Shown here in pieces: positions 50,264 through 61,535 of a DNA stretch of 64,000 nucleotides. Positions within the stretch are counted from its first letter, which is position 1. Each line of letters begins with the position of its first letter. This DNA comes from Oopsacas minuta (taxonomy: Eukaryota > Animalia > Porifera): contig JAKMXF010000099.1 of the NCBI GenBank assembly GCA_024704765.1, positions 1 through 64,000 on the forward strand, written 5' to 3'. The notes beneath the pieces were generated by a model that was given only the letters and a program-made list of their open reading frames with translations, made no database searches and was not told where the DNA came from. A program made the position numbers and the translations under genes.

Positions 50264-52891
50264 CACTACGTAACAAATTTTTATGAAATCTTTGTTTGGC
50301 TTGATATTTTGATTGTTTATGGATAATTTTGAGGCGCTGATTCCGAAAATACAATTAGTTTTTTTCTATCATCGATCGTTAGCTTTCAGGAAGCCTATTT
50401 ATATGAGCAGGTTACACGCTTAGCCAACCCAGCAAAAACGTACGTCACAATCAAAATCTTTTGTGCTATAACAATAAAGATAACAAACATTTTGCACTCC
50501 CTTCACTGTCTCTTGTCTTTTTAAGCTCTGGGAGACACTTAAAGTGTCTGCGAATGCACAGCTTAAACAGCATCAGAATTCCAGGCTGGGGTAGGATTGC
50601 AAAACTTAGAAATTTCGTTCTTGCGTATGGTTTATTTGCTATCCAGTACCTTCACTTGGAAAGTATTTACTTATATTAATACTATAAGCTACCAGCAGCT
50701 AGTATAAGCATAAGTATAACTGCCTTTAGCAGAGAGGCAGAAATAACTTGCTGGTTGTTCTTACGTTAAGTTAGTGTTTTTCAAATTTAGAAATTGCAAT
50801 GGCTAGTAGACAATGCAAGAATTCACCTGACTCATTTTGCTATGTTTGTGGATATTATGTTGGTGACAAACATGTTTCAAATAAAATATCAAAAGAAGCT
50901 AAGTATTGGGAAGCGTATAGACTGTATTTTGGGATGTCCATTGGGGATCAGGAAAAGGCCTGGGCCCCACATGTGATTTGTGGCAGCTGTCGATCTAATC
51001 TTGAAGCTTGGTTGAGGGGTTCCGCTAGAGTTATGCCATTTGCTATTCCAAGAGTTTGGAGAGAGCCACAAAACCATCATGATGATTGTTACTTTTGTAT
51101 GGTAAATATTGCTAAGTACCGCAAGGTTAAGGGAAGAAGAGCACTGACTTATCCAAGTATACCATCATCCATTGCACCTGTTCCTCATAGTCAAACTTTA
51201 CCAGTTCCAAAACCACCAGCAAATGTAAGTTGTTTTATGTTTTATAATATAAGGCTACGCTAGCTTATATGCTGTAAGGGTGACCCACAATCTGCATCTT
51301 GTGTTTTATTCTTGTCATTTTAGTTGGAGTTTAATACTGAATGTGAAGACTCGATATCAAGTGAAACTTCGGATGCTGAGGAGGAGTATCTCCAATCAAC
51401 AAGTGCAGATCGTCATTATCCTTCTAAGAGAGAATTAGATGACTTAATACGAGATCTGCAACTAACAAAATCTGCAGCAGAGCTATTGACGTCAAGATTA
51501 AGCGAGTGGAATTTGCTGCGTGATGATTGCAAAATAACTGCTTACAGGAAGAGGCACTTGGACTATTCTGTTTACTTTGATGTAATACAGGATCTGTGCT
51601 ATTGCAAAGATGTGAATGGTTTGTTTGATGCTGTTGGAATTGAACATGACCCTTCTCAGTGGCGACTTTTTATTGACAGTTCCACCAAAAGTCTTAAAGG
51701 AGTTTTACTTCATAATGGGAACAAATATCCGTCAATTCCACTTGCTTATTCAATACAAATGAAAGAAGACTATGAAAATGTCAAGCAACTACTGCTTAAA
51801 ATAAACTATGCTGAATTTAACTGGCAGCTCTGTGGTGATTTTAAGATGTTGGGGTTTTTGTTGGGACTGCAGGGTGGTTACACCAAATACTCATGTTTTC
51901 TTTGTTTGTGGAACAGCAGAGCTGATGGAGAGCACTACTCGAAGATTCAATGGCCGCCAAGAAAAGAATTAATGCCAGGAAAGTACAATGTCATCAAAGA
52001 GCCACTTGTATGCCGGGAAAAAGTTTTACTACCACCTCTTCATATAAAACTAGGTTTAGTAAAGCAATTTGTTAAAGCTTTGGATTTTGAAGGAGAAGCT
52101 TTTCAAGAAATCCGTGCAATGTTTCCAAAATTATCAGATGCTAAACTAAAGGGAGGAATATTTGTTGGCCCCCAAATAACCACCATGTTAAAGTCAAGAA
52201 CCCTGGAGGGTAAAATGACCGAAACAGAAAGAAAAGCATGGCAGGCATTTCGTGATGTAGTTAATGGCTTTTTAGGAAATAACAAAGATCCTAATTATGA
52301 AGAGATAGTGAATACTCTGATCACAAGCTACCAAAAGATGGGATGTCGCATGTCGTTGAAACTTCATTTTCTATGCTCTCATCTTGACTTCTTTCAAGAA
52401 AATTTGGGGGATTTCAGCGAGGAACATGGCGAGAGATTTCACCAAGATATTCAGCTAATGGAAAGACGGTATCAGGGCCGCTGGGACAGTGCAATGATGG
52501 GCGATTACATGTGGTTTTTGATAAGGGAAGACATTTCTGGTCACAAAAGAAAAGCTCGTTCAACAGTTCATTTTTGAAGTATTTTAACTCTCTAACATGA
52601 GTGCGTTTTGTTTTCTTTAGGACTTGTAATCAGCAATGTACTGTTTGGTAATGATTTTCATGTTCAAATTAACTTATCAACACATCACTACGTGTTTAAA
52701 TCTATTACAAGAGCTGTAGGTAAATTTGCATATAATGAACAACACAACTTGTTCGGAAAAAGCAAAAAGTGTAAATACGTCAAAAAGCATTGATGATATG
52801 GAAAAACTAACACGATTTTTGAATTCAGCGACGCAAAAAGCATAAGGGAACATCAAAAATTGAAGCCAAACAAAAATTGTGTTACGTAGTG
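50264..52891 (+). mobile_element. Chapaev3-like (CMC superfamily) DNA transposon, apparently intact
   Basis: Ends CACTACGTAACA / TGTTACGTAGTG, 3-bp TSD TAA, empty site at ~19865 in the duplicate block. Family assignment is from recognising the CAC ends, TWA TSD and protein motifs. Confidence 0.8.
50799..52577 (+). CDS. Two-exon Chapaev-like transposase, 559 aa
   Basis: Exon 1 50799-51224 (CKNSPDSFCYVCG ... CGSC ... HHDDCYFC zinc-binding region); phase-0 GT-AG intron 51225-51323; exon 2 51324-52577 (FIDSS, LCGDFK, PPLHIKLGLVKQF, EEHGERFHQD). No stops. Confidence 0.85.
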
Positions 52892-53279
52892 TAATGATTA
52901 TCAATGTGAAATTCTATTATTTACACAGCTCCAGTTACAAAAAATTTAAATCTCTGACACATTACAGATTGAAACTGATTTATACTCAGGAGATCCACTG
53001 CCCCTTTACTGAGGTCTTAAAGAGTCTACCCAACTACTATTTAATTGCATAGACGATGTATAGTCTTCCGATTAGAATGAAATTGGGTACACATATTCAT
53101 TATGGTTTAGATTCGTATATAAAGAGTATGAAAATCTCTGGATTGTTTGTAGTGCAGCTAGTATGGAAATTGAGTTAATGGCAAATATTATGTGAGACGT
53201 GCATACTTCTAAGAAATTTAGCAGTCTGATTGATATGAAAATTGGAATAAATATACAATTATACATATTGGGTCTGTGA

Positions 53280-53454
53280 CAGGGTATCAATGCCACGCGC
53301 CTACAGGCGCATAAATTTCAGCAAAAATAGATCTAGGCGTTTCAAAATTCGCGGAAGACCCCATACCGTAATGCTAAATGTATACTCTAGGCGCATATAA
53401 ATATGAATGCGAACATTTTAGGCGTATGTTTCAGAAAAGCTGGATGAAACCCTG
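53280..53454. mobile_element. 175-bp hAT MITE
   Basis: TIR CAGGGT(A/T)TCA; 8-bp TSD GTCTGTGA; absent from the duplicate block at ~22412. Confidence 0.85.
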
Positions 53455-55399
53455 GTCTGTGATTTGCCCCTCAGTTATATATTGAATTTTTATAGAATTT
53501 TTCAGACCATTTTTAGTGATAAATCATACTTTCTCGCCTTTCTAAGTACAATTCCAATCGCTCACCGATATTAGGTTTAATATGATGTCAGAACAAATTA
53601 TGTTTACTGTCTATAGAGTTCGATTTAGACATTTTCAGAGTCTCAAGGTTACAATTTCATACAAATGTTGTTCGTGTTGTAACATTACCAACGGGACAGT
53701 CTTCTGCTGCCATGAGGAGTTATCCAGTTGTAGATGCCAATTTTGATATTTCAAATCTACATGATTTATCATATCATTAATTATATTTCCCACTTTATCA
53801 CAAATAATTTGTATCTGGTAGAAATTTTACCAGATATCTGAGCTGCGCTCCAGGTTTCGATATGATATTTTTATTATTCTAGACACTGCTACAATAACAA
53901 TCAGCTACGAAGGATATAACGATTCAATCAGTGATGTAACTAATCCAATGTTTCCATCTCCAAAAGTGATCAGTATACTTCTGGGAACTAAAGATATTAC
54001 ATTCACTTGTAGTCTACCTGAATGTGTATGGATGATTTCACACCAAAAAGATACAATAATTACATCCACATATAGCATCCCCGAATTATCTAGTGCACAT
54101 AGTGGAAATTTCTCCCTGATACGATTACCCGGTTGTGGTGTAGCTTACACAACTGCTCATATATCTATTCGAACATTAACAATTACGACAAATCCTACAA
54201 CAAATCCTACAACACATTTTATAACAACAGTATCAACGCCAGCTCCAACGTTTAGTCTTTTACTAATTGCAATAATTATCTTGCTGTTCATCGTTATCTT
54301 CATTGGCACATGCATTCTAGTATCAATTTTCATCTTCATATGCAAAAAGAGAAGAATACCTGCTCACGCTAAATATAATCAACAAGAGAATGTAGAACTT
54401 CACGGAAAATGAAGTTCTACATTCTCAGACAAGTGACAAGAATTCTCTCAAAATTTATGCAAAGACATAAATATAGGATCTAAAGATTTCATATCTATAA
54501 AAGAACATCATTCCAACAGTATTCTTACAACATGACTACATGCTTTGAATTTGTGCTCTATCTTTCCCTTGTATGTATATTTCGTTTATTAATATATGTG
54601 TAATAGTAATAGTTATTCTTGCTCTTAGGTTGTATCCTGAGAAATTACTGTGTTTATTAATGATAATTGTTGCTTTACTATACTTGGTAATTATTGTGAT
54701 ATTCAAATTAATTATTGTATATTTCCTGTTTATTTCAAATGTTACTCATGTGACAAATTTGTAACCGATATGAGTTTGCACTTGTGTGTATATTCATAGT
54801 TTCATATAACTGTTAACCTAGAAAATGACTAAACACTAAGGACCTGTCATTAACAAATGTTCTATGCACATTGAAGATAGGCTGCCATCAGTTACAGTTG
54901 TGAAGCAAGTCAATGTAGAATATACCTCAAAAGATAGCAACCTGCTAAAACTACTAAATCAATGGAATGTGCTAAGCTATTCATTTCGTAGTAAAGATAG
55001 TAGTTATCCTAGTAAGCTTATTGTTACATTAGTCGTGTATATTTAGGAAGGGAAATTGGACAAAATTCAAATTATATTATCAACATACTCTCAACTCAAA
55101 GTGATCGGGTTGCCGTCTCAGTTCGTGGGATCATCATCATGGATCAACCTGATCACTTAGGTATGAGAGTGTGTTTCTCAGAATTTCACACATTTTACAG
55201 GAGATTTCACAGTTGTTTCAAAGTGACATATCTACTTCCAACCTGAGTGAAGAAATAAATAGGACAATTAAGGTATTAAGCACATTTTAGCGGGATATTA
55301 GCTTTATTGTCCCTCAATAATGTCCGAAAGAGCGGGACAATAGGCAGGTATTTAGTGATCGAGTTGCCATCTGAGTTAAGTTGTACTCAGCGGACAACC

Positions 55400-57430
55400 T
55401 TATCGATTTCTGGTATTGTACTAGTGTTACTACTCGTACATACTAATGTTGTGTCATCATAGAACACATTGTTACCAGATAATTTTGTGTATTCTCCCTG
55501 TGACAACTCAGCAAAATTAGCTATAAAGGTAAATATATAAATACTTCTGATGAATATCCTTTCTGCTGTCGAAGATATATTATACAACACACTCACATAT
55601 ACGAGATAGTGTTACTGTATCGCTAGTATATCTGCACTATTTCAATCTGTTACATACAATTCATATATTCTAGTTAAATTAGCTGTAAATACTTCGAATA
55701 CTTTAGAAAGGTTGGCTCCTAGAACTGTTAGGATATTTCCATTCTCCTACGAGGTTAGTCCCCAGCATAACATTCTTAGGCAAGACCATGATATCAGAAT
55801 TATTAGTCTCTGATGAAGTAGGTAACATAGAGTATGTTGATCTGGTGTAGTGGATAATGTAATTGCAGGTGGGCCTATTGAAACAAACAAATTTTAAAAT
55901 AATAAATTTAAAGTTTATTGAGAGGAAATACAGGTGCTCACCTTGTACCAATAGATCTACGCTTAGTATAGTAACAGATCCTACTTAACAATCAAATGTA
56001 TCAGACTCTTGGTTTGGTACATTATTGAGAACTACAGGATTCTCAATACAACCCCATTTCATGTCAGGTAACACTCTATTAGTATGAGTTGTACATCACA
56101 GTTGTGTATCTGAAGAATCTACTCCTTTAGTGTGAGAGTATTGTCTCCTTTGTGTTGCAACTAAATACACATGAATATGTTCAAATACAGAGATGGAACC
56201 TGTCAGGCTTCACCAGCCAGGTGACCAAATTTGAAATTCGAAATAACTTAAATAAGGCTAATTACACTTGTAATGAGGTCTATTTTCTGTAATTGAAGTA
56301 ATTGGTAATATAGTATGATTCATAAGATTTATGCTCATTCATTGTTATTTAGCGTTGCATAAAATTGATCGGACAATCGTTCGACAGGCCAATCGGGTCG
56401 GGTCGTAATTCAAACCAGACCGGTAATGTCGGGTCATAAAAATGCTGCCAGTTCCATCTCTGATCAAATTCTGATTTTAGTAATACACATTTCTATTTCT
56501 ATCTTAACTGTTGTAATACTAGGACCAAATACAGATGTCGTGATGCGTAGGTCGCTCCTACAAAACATGTATAATATCCTTGTGCTGTTGTTTGTATATT
56601 CAATGTACTTATCCCTATATCAGAATTCCATATGCCTAGTAGTGTTTTGTTACCACTTGGAATTCCTGCAGTTATATCACTTGTAGCACAAATTAATGTA
56701 GAATCAGTATAGAACATTTCATAACCAGAGAGTAAATTGTATACTCCTGATGACGTCATTTCAGCAAAGTTACTACCTGGAAGAAATGTTGTATATCAAT
56801 ACTGATTTCAATATACATTAGTTCAACCGAATACGTTCTGCAAAATGTGTGATTTTATATGACGTCATCAAGGTGTGAAACTATTGAAATTTTCGGGAAT
56901 GCAGAAAACGAAGTAATAACATACTTGTGTTCCTCTTCATTACGATCATAAATCTTCAGCCATGATCGACAGATATATCTAGTTGTATAGCCAATACATT
57001 TTCTGTAAGTTCTGTTCTATTATACACACAAGTTACCATACAAACCATCACTTTATGACCATGTCGATGAAAATAGTAGCTAATAGGCGGATTCCACAAT
57101 ATTTTATTGAGGTACATACTTGCATACGTGATATATACAATATTTACCTGCAGCAGAAATGTCAATCTGTATAGTTAATTCTCAGTTTCCATCATCAGCA
57201 TAAAATTTGTACAATCCAGCAGAGGCGACAGTGAAAACATCAAAATTGATTGTATTATAGCTACTATTTGCTTTGTCAGGTCTCTGCCATATCCCTGCTA
57301 TATTAGCATCTAAAGTAATATCCTGAGTTAGTACAATAATTTCTTCAGTGTTAGTGTAAGGAGGGAAGTTTGTGTAAATTGTGCCAGTAGCTAAGATGCT
57401 TGATATTGATATTTCAGAATCTGTAATTAT
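55400..57430 (-). pseudogene. Opposite-strand relative of the receptor family made of Ig-like c/d/e exons only, with premature stops
   Basis: e-like exon ending at 57148 (DITLDANIAGIW..AGLYKFYADDGN*ELTIQIDISAA); c-like ~56760-56500 (TLICATS..QGYYTC); d-like 56160-55942 (VATQ..GVDSSDTQL*C..MKW..NP..DC*VGS..LLVQ, phase 1-1); e-like ~55880-55700; c-like ~55540-55400. Confidence 0.65.
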
Positions 57431-57932
57431 GATAATTCTATATTTAATCAAATACTCAACCTATCAATTCAATGTATGATTTCATTGGAAATTTAGCGCT
57501 CTTCAATAAATGTACTGAATAAGAATTCCCTTAATATCTACATACTGTATATAAGGTGTACGAATATTTATTGCCCAAGTATATATCCAAAAGATATAAT
57601 ATAGTATAAAATTTACAGTTAACTTGTCCAATCACTGAATCTATTTGCACCAAAAATAATAACAAAACTAACAGAGGGTTCCCTCTCATAGTATAACATA
57701 TACGACTTATATTCCCAAATATTGTAACTATACTTCAAATAGTAGTGTGGTCAAACACAGTATAATTACATATTACTGCATACAACACAGTTAAATGAAA
57801 TGTAAGAATATCTCTCTAAATTCTCCTATCTTGGAAGTATGTAAATCCTTCTGTTTCAGCAATCTTCAATAATAATGACATAATACATTATGTCTATGGT
57901 GTAGACTAATAGCATAATTGAGTTATTATATA

Positions 57933-58439
57933 CAGTACAAATTGGATTTAACGACACTCGTTTGGGCAAACCAAAAAGTTCGCTATATCCGATTTGTTGC
58001 CAAATCCGCGGGAGCAAAAGAAAAGCGTTTCCTTTTGCCAACTCCGCTCGAATCCATGACAACGAAATTTCAGCATTACATTGTATGTACAATAGCTATA
58101 AATATGCATTTTCTTAAGAAGCCAGATGTTGTTGATTCAAAGCAGGGGAGAATGTCATTCCTTTATAATCAAATCAATTATTAACCCCTAATAATTTACT
58201 AATTAGTACACTTTTCTGAAGTCCACAGTACAGACAGCCCAAAAGTCGTAATATCCGATGGGATTTGCATGGAACAGGCATAGAAATATGTCGCTAAATT
58301 CAATGTGTCGTTATCTCACAAGTCGTTATAACCGAGGTATGATGTGTGCAGAATAATGCTGCGAGATTCTGGGCGAACAAAATGAGTCGTTATAAGCGTT
58401 TGTCGTAAAAGCCGATGTCGTTAAATCAAATGTTTACTG
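57933..58439. mobile_element. 507-bp pogo/Tigger-like non-autonomous element
   Basis: TA|CAGTACAAATTGGATTTAACGACA ... TGTCGTTAAATCAAATGTTTACTG|TA. Confidence 0.75.
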
Positions 58440-59926
58440 TATTGGAAAAAGTGCATGAAGGTTATAGAGATATTATAGTATCACCATGAAATACCTTGAG
58501 TAATGTTTTTTGTATAATTATACATTCAGTTGCATGATGCTTTGCCACTGTACAAGAATGAGATAAGTATTAAAAGAAGTAACTCGATAAATGCGAAGAT
58601 TTCCAGAAAACGGCAAGTTGTTATTACTTGTAATTTGTGACTTATGTGGCATGAACAAAATACAGTAAAGTGTCGCGATCCTTTTGGTACAAGGATGGGA
58701 ATCACGATCTCTTGACGATGTTTTATTGAACGATCGGGAGCGTTACCCAGGTTGAATAATCGGGATCTAATGGATTTCTAATAATTTTTAGAATACGATA
58801 TTTCCTTGATTTTACGGGTAACTCTTTCCAAAATGCTTACTACAGGCTCTTTGAAATATCATAATTCAACAATACAAATAATCCACCCATTTTACTAAAT
58901 CGGTCATCTAACTTACCCAATTGTTTGTTGAGGTTGGTTTCTATGGAAATATGCAAAGTCGCTACTAGATCATATTCTGCATTCACTCAGCATTAACGCT
59001 CCTCATTTTCTCACACATTTGCTCCTACCCTAAAAAGGAGCGCACTCCCGCTCCCAATCCTGAAAATGGAGCTCAATCCAATTCGGCACCCTTCCATTCT
59101 TCCAGAGTTACATTAGATTTGTATTATATATAATAATGAGTACCGAATTGGACCAATGTACGACCGGGAAATTGTTAAATGTGCAACGTCAAACAGTTCC
59201 AACAAATCTATACGTACGTACTATGTTAATGTGAATTATCAAAAGTGTCCCAAGCTCCCAGCAACCACCTTTTCTAGCCAGAATATTGAATTCTTTGCAG
59301 AATAACGATGGAATCTGTATGTCGTTGGCTATGAAATTGGACCGCGAGCTTCGGTGTTCCCGCTCCTTCAAAAATGGAGCATGGCCGACCTCCAGCTCTA
59401 GAGTTATAAATGGAGCGGGGCTCCAGATTCCGCTGCTTGAATGTTCTGGCATTCACCGGTTAGCGAGGTTGATTTGAATCCAAGTTGATGCAACCTAGAA
59501 GACATTCGCATGTCCTCAGTTAGCGAGGTTATCCGTACTAAAATATTACTTTTTTCAGCTGGTCGTTTTACGATTCGAAGGAAAATTCATAATTAGGTAT
59601 TGCAAAGGGGAAAATTGTGCAGAAAAGGTTAAGAACCACTGCTGCAGTAACTCTACCATTGCATAACGTTAGCAATTCCGACAGTATTAAGAAATCTTTG
59701 AAATTCAAATCATTTTGCTTTCGTTAATTAATATAATTATTGTCAATGAATTGGAGCTACATTAACCAGGACTGATGTACATATATTTACCAGCTTAGTA
59801 ATGTGATACTGTTCTGACAAAGATTAGTATGAACTCTTCATATATAGGTTGACGCCAATGATAAAAAATCTAGAAATCTAAATAGTTGGAAGACTATACT
59901 TTTGCCATTCGAGATTCTGCTTTTAA

Positions 59927-61141
59927 ATGAAGAAACTGACACGAAAAGAATTGTTTATTTTCATTTTGATACTATATACCCTAATTACAACGTTCTATAT
60001 TACACAATTCAGTGAACCAAATGAATATTTTATAAAAGAAGAAATTCACAAAAATAAAAAAGAGAAAATAATCGAGAATAATGTTAGCTGGATAAATTAC
60101 AGGAAGAACTGGAACCAAGAGGTCCTGGTTACGACTAATATCGCTGATAAAACACTTAAATTTACAGATAAGTATAGAATGGAGATGACGTCAAAGGGTC
60201 TACATCCACTCAACTTGCAGCACAAATATCTGCATGATAGAATTGATAGGATAGATCAATTCTGTAATGTATCACTACTCGAAAGTAAAGGGATATACAA
60301 ATTATTTGGAAGTTACTATCGAGTCCGTTTCAGTGATAAGTCAGAATTGCTCCAGTGTGCGGTACTGAAGGTGAGTTCTCGTACATGGATACATCTTCTC
60401 AGAGAATTGGAAGGAATGAAGGAAGAATCTTTCCCATACCAAAAGACCTTTCGTAGAATATCAATGGATTTCAATTATCAGAATCCCAAACTAAATGCAC
60501 AGAGGTACCAGACCTACACAAAGTTTTTGATAGCGAGAAATCCTTTCCAAAGACTATTATCAGGTTACACAGATCAATTTATTACACGTTACAGATTAGG
60601 AAAACCATATTTTTATGAAGTTATCACTATAAATTATCTCTCAAATCTAACAAAAGAATATATTACACAATTGAGGAATGAATTGAAGAAAGGAGAGGAG
60701 AGGTTGACTCAAGGTCTAGATAGCAGCATTATTCAGCAGATTAGAAGATTGAATGCAGGATATGGGAAATCAAAAATCACTTTTTTGGAATTCTTAAATT
60801 TTGTTATCTATAGTTTCAGAAACAAAGGGTTCTATGGTTTAAACGATCATTGGAAACCTATCAGCCATTTTTGTGATCCGTGTGCTATCAAATATGACAT
60901 TATTGCCAAATTCGAAACTTTGAAAGAGGATTCGGATGCTATTTTAAACTACGTACAGAGAAACAATCCAAAGCGTAAAGTCACATTTCCCAATGACCAT
61001 CCAACTACTACACTAGACTGTTGTAATGAAGAATTTAGGATTGTTCCACTAAATGTGAGGAGATCAATTTATGAAATATTCAAACAAGACTATCTACTAT
61101 TTGGTTATGAGTATAGAGAAGATGAGAACAATATTTGCTAA
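59927..61141 (+). CDS. Golgi carbohydrate sulfotransferase (Sulfotransfer_2; CHST8-14/HNK-1ST family), intronless, 404 aa
   Basis: N-terminal type II TM (LFIFILILYTLITTFYI), 5'-PAPS motif CAVLKVSSRTW, 3'-PAPS motif KFLIARNPFQRLLSGY, HWKPISHFCDPCAIKYDIIAKFETLKEDS, and C-terminal YEIFKQDYLLFGY. Confidence 0.92.
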   Translation: MKKLTRKELFIFILILYTLITTFYITQFSEPNEYFIKEEIHKNKKEKIIENNVSWINYRKNWNQEVLVTTNIADKTLKFTDKYRMEMTSKGLHPLNLQHKYLHDRIDRIDQFCNVSLLESKGIYKLFGSYYRVRFSDKSELLQCAVLKVSSRTWIHLLRELEGMKEESFPYQKTFRRISMDFNYQNPKLNAQRYQTYTKFLIARNPFQRLLSGYTDQFITRYRLGKPYFYEVITINYLSNLTKEYITQLRNELKKGEERLTQGLDSSIIQQIRRLNAGYGKSKITFLEFLNFVIYSFRNKGFYGLNDHWKPISHFCDPCAIKYDIIAKFETLKEDSDAILNYVQRNNPKRKVTFPNDHPTTTLDCCNEEFRIVPLNVRRSIYEIFKQDYLLFGYEYREDENNIC

Positions 61142-61535
61142 CACACTTGATTCAAGTTCAATGAGTATTAAACTGACATGTTAAATAGGCATACTATGTC
61201 TGGCAAATATCGATACATATACATATGGTTAAAATCTCCGATATACGATATATCGGAATATTACTCGATACGATAAATATAGGTTCAATATTTCTAAATT
61301 GGAAATATTGAAATGTGGGAAATATAGAAAACATTGGGGATATACCGAAAAATTTCAAGTAAGTATCCTAAAATTTCGGAAATAACAAAATTCGATATTT
61401 TTGATGTTTCAATGCATCTGTATATTTTGATCGAATTCTTTGTAGAACTTTGATCAAATTTTCTTATGTCGAACTTTGATCAAATGATGAAAAAGGCAAA
61501 TTTTGATCAAAGTTCTACTTAAATGTCTTCAGTCG

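Larger units (their letters stand above)
48438..54412 (+). pseudogene. Gene C: pseudogenised duplicate of the 3' end of gene A (exons b, c, d, e, f and TM exon g)
   Basis: High nucleotide identity to 18011-23813. Exon b 48438-48846 is 409 nt (frameshift); exon d has a TAA at codon 10; exon e has a 1-nt deletion; exon f has TGA at 50189-91. The last exon 53883-54412 is still open (TM, then KKRRIPAHAKYNQQENVELHGK*). Confidence 0.88.

Noticed and set aside
50264-52891. RAG/Transib-like programmed recombination of the receptor exons by the neighbouring transposase
   Set aside because: No heptamer/nonamer or TIR-like signals flank the exons; the element is a simple insertion with a TSD in a pseudogene intron.
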